The notes below the pieces were generated by a model, which made no database searches, was not told where the DNA came from, and saw nothing but the letters and a program-made list of their open reading frames with translations. A stretch of DNA of 64,000 nt from an archaeon (GTDB lineage Archaea > Iainarchaeota > Iainarchaeia > Iainarchaeales > GCA-2688035), in NCBI GenBank assembly GCA_035290965.1, contig DATDTD010000071.1, positions 48,155 through 112,154 of the forward strand, given 5' to 3'. Shown here piece by piece: positions 58,694 to 64,000 of the stretch (its first letter is position 1; each line of letters opens with the position of its first letter). Position numbers and translations under genes: made by a program.

Positions 58694-61600
58694 ATAATAT
58701 TTCCAGCCTATAAAAAGATTGTAATCTACGCTAATTATTTTTTTTACTGGCCGTGGTAAAATAGAATAGGTTATGTTATAGTCCGGTCCTATGACTTTTT
58801 TTCCACCATATCCAACAATCCAGTCTATTGTTGGGGAGAGCACTTCAAAAGTTGTTACGTTAGAGTCTAATAATTGTCTATTAGAATCGTACAAATATGT
58901 AGTTACTTTATAGTTTCCCGACATTTTGTTTCCTTTATCCCAATAATTGAAAAGTGTTTGTGTATCTCCAGCAAAAAGTGTTGTAATATGATTGTGCAAA
59001 TTTGTGTTATTGTCTTGTGAATCTGTAATTACGCTGTTAATGTCTAAGTTTGTGTAGGTTACTCCTGAATTAAAGTTTGTAATCACAGGATAAATTCTTA
59101 CTCTTTCAGTTAGATAATACGCATTTTTGTCCGTTGAAATGTCACTAACTCCTATTCTGGTAACATTAACTAAAACAGTTTCATTGAAATCAGCATTATT
59201 AATGGAAGAAACAGTTAAAACAATTTCAAATAAGCCCGCTTGGCTTGTATTAATGTTCCAACTTGCATTGTTTGAACTTGATTCAAAAATATTTCCTAAA
59301 TTTACTGTTAAAGGGTTGGCAGTTGAAAGTCCTTGAGGAAGATGAATGGTAATGTTTGCATCGCGTAAAGGCGAGTTTTGAGTTGTTACAAGTGCATTCA
59401 AAGAAAAAGAGTTTGGATAATTTATTTCATACGGCGCTGAAACAGCTACACTTATTTGTGGAGAAACTTGTTGAATGTTTCCGTCAACAAAAATTGTTTT
59501 TATTGACTCGTTAGGATCGTTTGAACTAATATTAATATCACCAGAATAACCACCTAAAATAGGCAAAATATCAATAGTTGCAGTAAAAGTTTGCGATTCA
59601 TTTGGTTGCAGAGTTAGTGGGAAAGAAATGCCTGCAATGTCTATGGTCGGAGAAGAATTAATACTAAAAAGATTTAAATCAGCGTTTCCAGAATTAGTTA
59701 TAGTAAAATTTGATTCTAGAATTCTTCCTTTAGCCTGTCTTCCAATATCCCAGAGATAGGGTGAAAGTTCTATGTTTGGGGCTTTTATTGTAAATGTTCC
59801 TGAGTTATTATCTCCTGTTAAAACTCCGTCCGTTGCAATAACTTTGATTTTGTAAGTATTTTTTGGGTCAACCTCTTTGACACTCCAAGTATAATTTTTG
59901 TCAGTAACATCTAAGGCAATGGGATACCAGGAAGCTCCATTGTCAAAAGTATAAAGTAAGGAATAACTCAAGTTATTGCTGTCTGAATCGTTTGCACTCC
60001 ATTGTATTGAATTCGTATCAGTCCAAACATCGCCTTGTTTTGGATAGACCACAGTTACAGTCGGCGCAACAGAACTAACAATTCTTTCAACTTTTACATT
60101 GCCACCATATTTTCCAACAATTTTGTGAATATTTGAATTGTAATCGATTGCAAAATCAAAAGCAGTTGTATTAATGTCTTTTCCCCAATTCAAATCACCC
60201 AAAAAAGGAGGTCCAAAATTGACATCTCTTATCACTCCATTGTTACTATCTTTAAGTTCAATAGTATAATTTCCATCTGTAATTCCATAGGGATAACCGT
60301 CAGTTAAATAAAAGTCATAAAAGGAAATATCTCCGTTTGCGTCTATTATGCCTCTAATCAAAATTATTTGAGGGTCGATAGGTCCGTTAGGATCTAACTT
60401 CTTCAAAATTTGAGTATAAGACTCTTTTGAAGCCCATGAAAAACTGTCTGCATCCCCCATAAAGCTATGCCAAGACACAACAAAGCCATTAAACTGATTA
60501 GATGGTTCGCCTGTTTTTCTACTATCATTCTTGCGGACTGAGAAACCATTAATGTCCATATTTCCAATACAACTTTCAGGGTCAGAACCAGCTCCAAAAC
60601 AATTGTTCGGAAAAGGATTTCCGCATCCCCCTACACTACTTAATTGATTGTTTTCATCTATCCAAACACTTTGTTTATATTCATCGCAAAGATTGTAAGT
60701 GTGACCTAACTCATGTGCTGCAACGCCAGAAGCAAGGGAGGAATACTCAAGCAGAGCACTTTTAGTATGAGGGACAGTAAAGCCTCCTTCTGAATAATAA
60801 AAATGGTTAGCAAGCCAACCTTTTGGGACAACTAATATTCCTCTATCCACATTTAAGTGTCCTGAGTTAATCTGAGTGTCTAATGCGGAAAGCACTAAAG
60901 AGGGGCACCACCAAGGCAATACGCATCCAATCGAAGTAAGACCGGGGTCAAACGGGGTTTTTACTGGAACAATTTCAAGTTTATTTTTTGCTATTGGGTA
61001 AGTATCAAGCAAAAAGGTTGATAGAGTATTAACATCGTTTAGATACTTATCTAAATTAGGGTAATCGTATCTAAAAAATGCTACTCTTAATCTATCAGTG
61101 TTAATCACATTTACATCGACTGTTTTTGTGTTGTTGTTTTCGTTTGTTTCAGGGATTTGATTGGCATCGTCAACTATTGCAGTTATTTGGTATTTTCCTG
61201 GCGTTGAATATGGGCTTGGATAGAAATCGAGTGTATTAGAATCACTAATTGGTTCAGTTATATTATAGTCTTGTCCGTTGTATGTTAGTTTTGTTCTGAC
61301 TGTTGCTGGATTGCCTGTGTTTTTTACTTTTACTCTTACTACTGTTGCTTTGTCTGTTACTAGATTTACATCTTCTACTACTTGGATTGGTTTGATTGAT
61401 TCAATGTATAAATCGCCTCTAGCTACGCGATAGTTTATTTTATTCTGAATGTAGTTGCCATTGATTTGTGCTCTTATGCTGAAAGAATAATTTCCATCTG
61501 TTGAGGGCGCTTGAACAGAAAAAGAATAAGTTCCCGTACCAATCTGAGTTGCATTTTTTGCAGTCCAAGAATCAGGGTCTTTTAATTTATATTGAATTTG

Positions 61601-62632
61601 GCTTAATCCAGTTTCTGCAAAATCATTACCCGAACTATTCACTGCAAATTGAACATTCATATCTTGGCTCGGATAAAAAGAGCTATTCATCGTTGGAGAT
61701 GTTATTATAATGGAGAATGGCTCGTTGTAATATGTTCCTAAAACACCTTGGGTCGTTCCGGTGTAAATATTTCCATCATAAACAGCAAAAGCACTTTGCC
61801 GGTAAAAATTAAAAGCAACTGAAAAAATATTGCTTGTGCTATCATACGTCCAAACTTCACTATAATCCTCTCCAGTTCCAATATAAAGATTTCCATCATA
61901 AACTGTGAGAAAATTATTAAAGTTCCAGTATTGTGATTCCCTCCAAGTTAAAGAAGACCAGATGCCATTTTTATAAGTTCCAATATGTCCATATTGTCCA
62001 GCATAAAGATTTCCATCATAAACCGCAAGAGAACGAATTGCGCTTCCTTTATCTCCTAAATTAGCCCATATCCCACTAGCAGCATTATAAGTTCCAAAAA
62101 CGCCATCTTCGTTTCCAGTAAAGAGATTTCCATCATAAACCGCAAGAACATTAAAAAAGCTATTAACTACTCTAGTCCAAACTTTACCATCATAGGTTAG
62201 TAATCCACCATATTCAGGATGCCTCCAATTAGGATTTACCGATGCATAAAGATTTCCATCATAAACGACTAAATCTTCTATTTCATATCCTTGTAATATT
62301 CCTTCAGTCCAAATACCAGTAATATTGTCATAGGAACCCAAAACATTAGCGTCGCCCGGTCCCCCTAATCCACTACTTCCAACGAAAAGATTTCCATCAT
62401 AAGAAGCAAGAGCAGTAGTAGGGTAACCAGTGTATCCTTTTGGCACTAAAGAAGTCCAAACTCGTGAAGCACTGTTATAAGTTCCTAACCCGTTTTGTAG
62501 AGTGTAAAGGTTTCCATCATGAACTGCTAGAGAACTTATTCCAGTCCCAATATCTCCTAAAGAAGTCCAAGTTCCAGCATAACTGTTAAAAGAAAGAAGA
62601 ACCAGAAAAAATAAAATCAACATTCTTTTCAT
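58685..62632 (-). CDS. Large secreted surface protein with beta-propeller repeats, CARDB/Ig-like domains and an HExxH metallopeptidase-like domain
   Basis: Signal peptide, seven (L/F)xx(Y/H)DGN(L/I)(Y/F) repeats, ETNENNN and HELGHTYNLCDE. Confidence 0.8.
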   Translation of the reverse strand: MKRMLILFFLVLLSFNSYAGTWTSLGDIGTGISSLAVHDGNLYTLQNGLGTYNSASRVWTSLVPKGYTGYPTTALASYDGNLFVGSSGLGGPGDANVLGSYDNITGIWTEGILQGYEIEDLVVYDGNLYASVNPNWRHPEYGGLLTYDGKVWTRVVNSFFNVLAVYDGNLFTGNEDGVFGTYNAASGIWANLGDKGSAIRSLAVYDGNLYAGQYGHIGTYKNGIWSSLTWRESQYWNFNNFLTVYDGNLYIGTGEDYSEVWTYDSTSNIFSVAFNFYRQSAFAVYDGNIYTGTTQGVLGTYYNEPFSIIITSPTMNSSFYPSQDMNVQFAVNSSGNDFAETGLSQIQYKLKDPDSWTAKNATQIGTGTYSFSVQAPSTDGNYSFSIRAQINGNYIQNKINYRVARGDLYIESIKPIQVVEDVNLVTDKATVVRVKVKNTGNPATVRTKLTYNGQDYNITEPISDSNTLDFYPSPYSTPGKYQITAIVDDANQIPETNENNNTKTVDVNVINTDRLRVAFFRYDYPNLDKYLNDVNTLSTFLLDTYPIAKNKLEIVPVKTPFDPGLTSIGCVLPWWCPSLVLSALDTQINSGHLNVDRGILVVPKGWLANHFYYSEGGFTVPHTKSALLEYSSLASGVAAHELGHTYNLCDEYKQSVWIDENNQLSSVGGCGNPFPNNCFGAGSDPESCIGNMDINGFSVRKNDSRKTGEPSNQFNGFVVSWHSFMGDADSFSWASKESYTQILKKLDPNGPIDPQIILIRGIIDANGDISFYDFYLTDGYPYGITDGNYTIELKDSNNGVIRDVNFGPPFLGDLNWGKDINTTAFDFAIDYNSNIHKIVGKYGGNVKVERIVSSVAPTVTVVYPKQGDVWTDTNSIQWSANDSDSNNLSYSLLYTFDNGASWYPIALDVTDKNYTWSVKEVDPKNTYKIKVIATDGVLTGDNNSGTFTIKAPNIELSPYLWDIGRQAKGRILESNFTITNSGNADLNLFSINSSPTIDIAGISFPLTLQPNESQTFTATIDILPILGGYSGDINISSNDPNESIKTIFVDGNIQQVSPQISVAVSAPYEINYPNSFSLNALVTTQNSPLRDANITIHLPQGLSTANPLTVNLGNIFESSSNNASWNINTSQAGLFEIVLTVSSINNADFNETVLVNVTRIGVSDISTDKNAYYLTERVRIYPVITNFNSGVTYTNLDINSVITDSQDNNTNLHNHITTLFAGDTQTLFNYWDKGNKMSGNYKVTTYLYDSNRQLLDSNVTTFEVLSPTIDWIVGYGGKKVIGPDYNITYSILPRPVKKIISVDYNLFIGWKYYSS

Positions 62633-62679
62633 TCAACCCACCCAAGACAATTTAATGTGTACTGTTAATGCTTTATTTT

Positions 62680-63147
62680 TTATTGGTTCAATTTTTCGTC
62701 CGGTATTCTTAGTCCCTGTGTTATTGTTTCAATGTCTTTGCTTGTTTGCAGGCTCGCTATGTTTTTTCTAATGTCGTTTTTGAATGCGACAAAGTTGTCT
62801 ATTGCTTTGTTTTGGAAAAAGAGAATTGTGTCTTGAATGTTACCTGTTTCCGCAAGCTTCTCCAAAATTTCTCCAAAAGAAACGCTTAGGACTGCTTGGA
62901 CATCTCTCTTGACTTCAAAAGAAGCAGTCAAATCATTCTTTTCAACTGACAAACAAGATGCATATACTTGAACTGTCTGGGAAGCAAAATCAGTAATCAC
63001 AGACTCGTTTCTGCAATCTAAAGATTCTGCTTTTGCATTCAAAACATCTACTTGGTCTTGCGCAATAGATTGTCCTTCTGTTAAACTAAAAGCCACTGGC
63101 AAAGACAACAACAGTATTAGAATACAAATTATTTTTTTTATGTGCAT
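62680..63147 (-). CDS. Secreted hypothetical protein
   Basis: Signal peptide; overlaps the end of the upstream gene. Confidence 0.65.
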   Translation of the reverse strand: MHIKKIICILILLLSLPVAFSLTEGQSIAQDQVDVLNAKAESLDCRNESVITDFASQTVQVYASCLSVEKNDLTASFEVKRDVQAVLSVSFGEILEKLAETGNIQDTILFFQNKAIDNFVAFKNDIRKNIASLQTSKDIETITQGLRIPDEKLNQ

Positions 63148-64000
63148 TGAAAAACCCCTCCGTCAGTTACACCACAATTGTATGGTGTGCCGTTTGGCGA
63201 ATACATTGTTAAATTTCCATCCGCCTTAATCACTGTCTTCATTCCAGCAATATCCCCCGTATTGTTTACTCTAAAAAAATTCTTATCTGCACTCGTGTTC
63301 CTGATTAAGAAAGAGTCTTCAAAAGAACCTAGTACATAATCATCGTCGTTTGTTGTTGTGTCTGTTATTGTTATGAACGGTTTGATATTGGAAATTGTTG
63401 GGTTTACAGAAAAAGTTTTTACACCGGAAACAGTTTGACTAGTGTTTAAAGTGCAAATATTGCTGACTGCAACACTGGTTGTTGGACCATTGGAAATATT
63501 GGCAAAATAACCCGTTGGAAAAACCAAGCTAGTGCTTCCAACAGAACTGGAACTAATCGGAACCATTAATTCTTCGCCAAAAGAAATAGCCTGTCCGTCC
63601 GGAATTAAAAGCCCAGAATTAAAACGGGTAGTAGAAGAAAAAGTCTTTACCACCGTAATTGTTTGGGTTAAGTTCCTGCCAATATCCAAAAAATAATTTT
63701 GCATGTTGGCATCAAAAACACTCCAAGAAGTCTGCCAATTAGTATCGCCGCTGCTGGAACCAAAAGAACCATTAATATCTTCCATGCCAATCTGGCCCTG
63801 TCCGCCTCTAAAATTGTTCGGACCATCAACAAGAGAACCGTTAACAGATAAGCATAGCCAATAGTCTTGGTTGTAATTGAGGTTTAATTGGTCTAAATCC
63901 CCTAACAATAGATTGAATGTGCTGTCTTGAATAGCGCCTGTGTAATTGTGGTCGAAAAAGACTCCGTCTAAGCAGGAGTTTTGATCAGAAATCTTTACTC
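63138..64000 (-). CDS. Fibre-like secreted protein, paralog of 12589-13434 (5' end outside the window)
   Basis: Shared N-terminal domain, QT(I/V)xxVKTFS repeats and terminal MYSPNGTPYNCGVTDGG. Confidence 0.7.
   Translation of the reverse strand, partial: VKISDQNSCLDGVFFDHNYTGAIQDSTFNLLLGDLDQLNLNYNQDYWLCLSVNGSLVDGPNNFRGGQGQIGMEDINGSFGSSSGDTNWQTSWSVFDANMQNYFLDIGRNLTQTITVVKTFSSTTRFNSGLLIPDGQAISFGEELMVPISSSSVGSTSLVFPTGYFANISNGPTTSVAVSNICTLNTSQTVSGVKTFSVNPTISNIKPFITITDTTTNDDDYVLGSFEDSFLIRNTSADKNFFRVNNTGDIAGMKTVIKADGNLTMYSPNGTPYNCGVTDGGVFQCT
63787..64000. repeat. Dispersed direct repeat, copy 2 (partner 13091-13304)
   Basis: 195/214 identity by manual alignment; probably continues past the window end. 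Confidence 0.9.

Noticed and set aside
61760..62530. Recurrent AGATTTCCATCATAAAC units as a CRISPR array or DGR repeat
   Set aside because: They are degenerate, in-frame coding repeats (VYDGNL) about 110-140 bp apart, with no cas or reverse transcriptase gene in the window.

Overview
This window comes from an archaeal genome, probably a DPANN lineage such as Iainarchaeota/Diapherotrites. That assignment is an inference from TATA-box promoters, GGTG(A) ribosome-binding sites, a form III RuBisCO and bacterial-type anabolic genes. Housekeeping content: rbcL, carA/carB, cysS, a ~21 kb purine/folate cluster, a nucleotide-sugar operon, an S16 protease and an SMC-like ATPase with a central CxxC. Accessory content: two paralogous AT-rich surface-protein cassettes, and a 5.2 kb SWIM-DDE transposon (17-bp TIRs, 11-bp TSD) carrying a Type IIG restriction-modification gene. 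The standout finding is in carB. A 34-nt frameshifting insert (6045-6078, minus strand) splits the conserved GEAGE|FDYSGSQA motif. It folds into a bulge-helix-bulge whose predicted cut sites restore the reading frame exactly, so it is a candidate archaeal mRNA intron. About 60 nt away, a free-standing two-motif LAGLIDADG endonuclease gene sits between carA and carB, suggesting a mini-intron plus external homing endonuclease partnership. No rRNA, tRNA or CRISPR array was seen.
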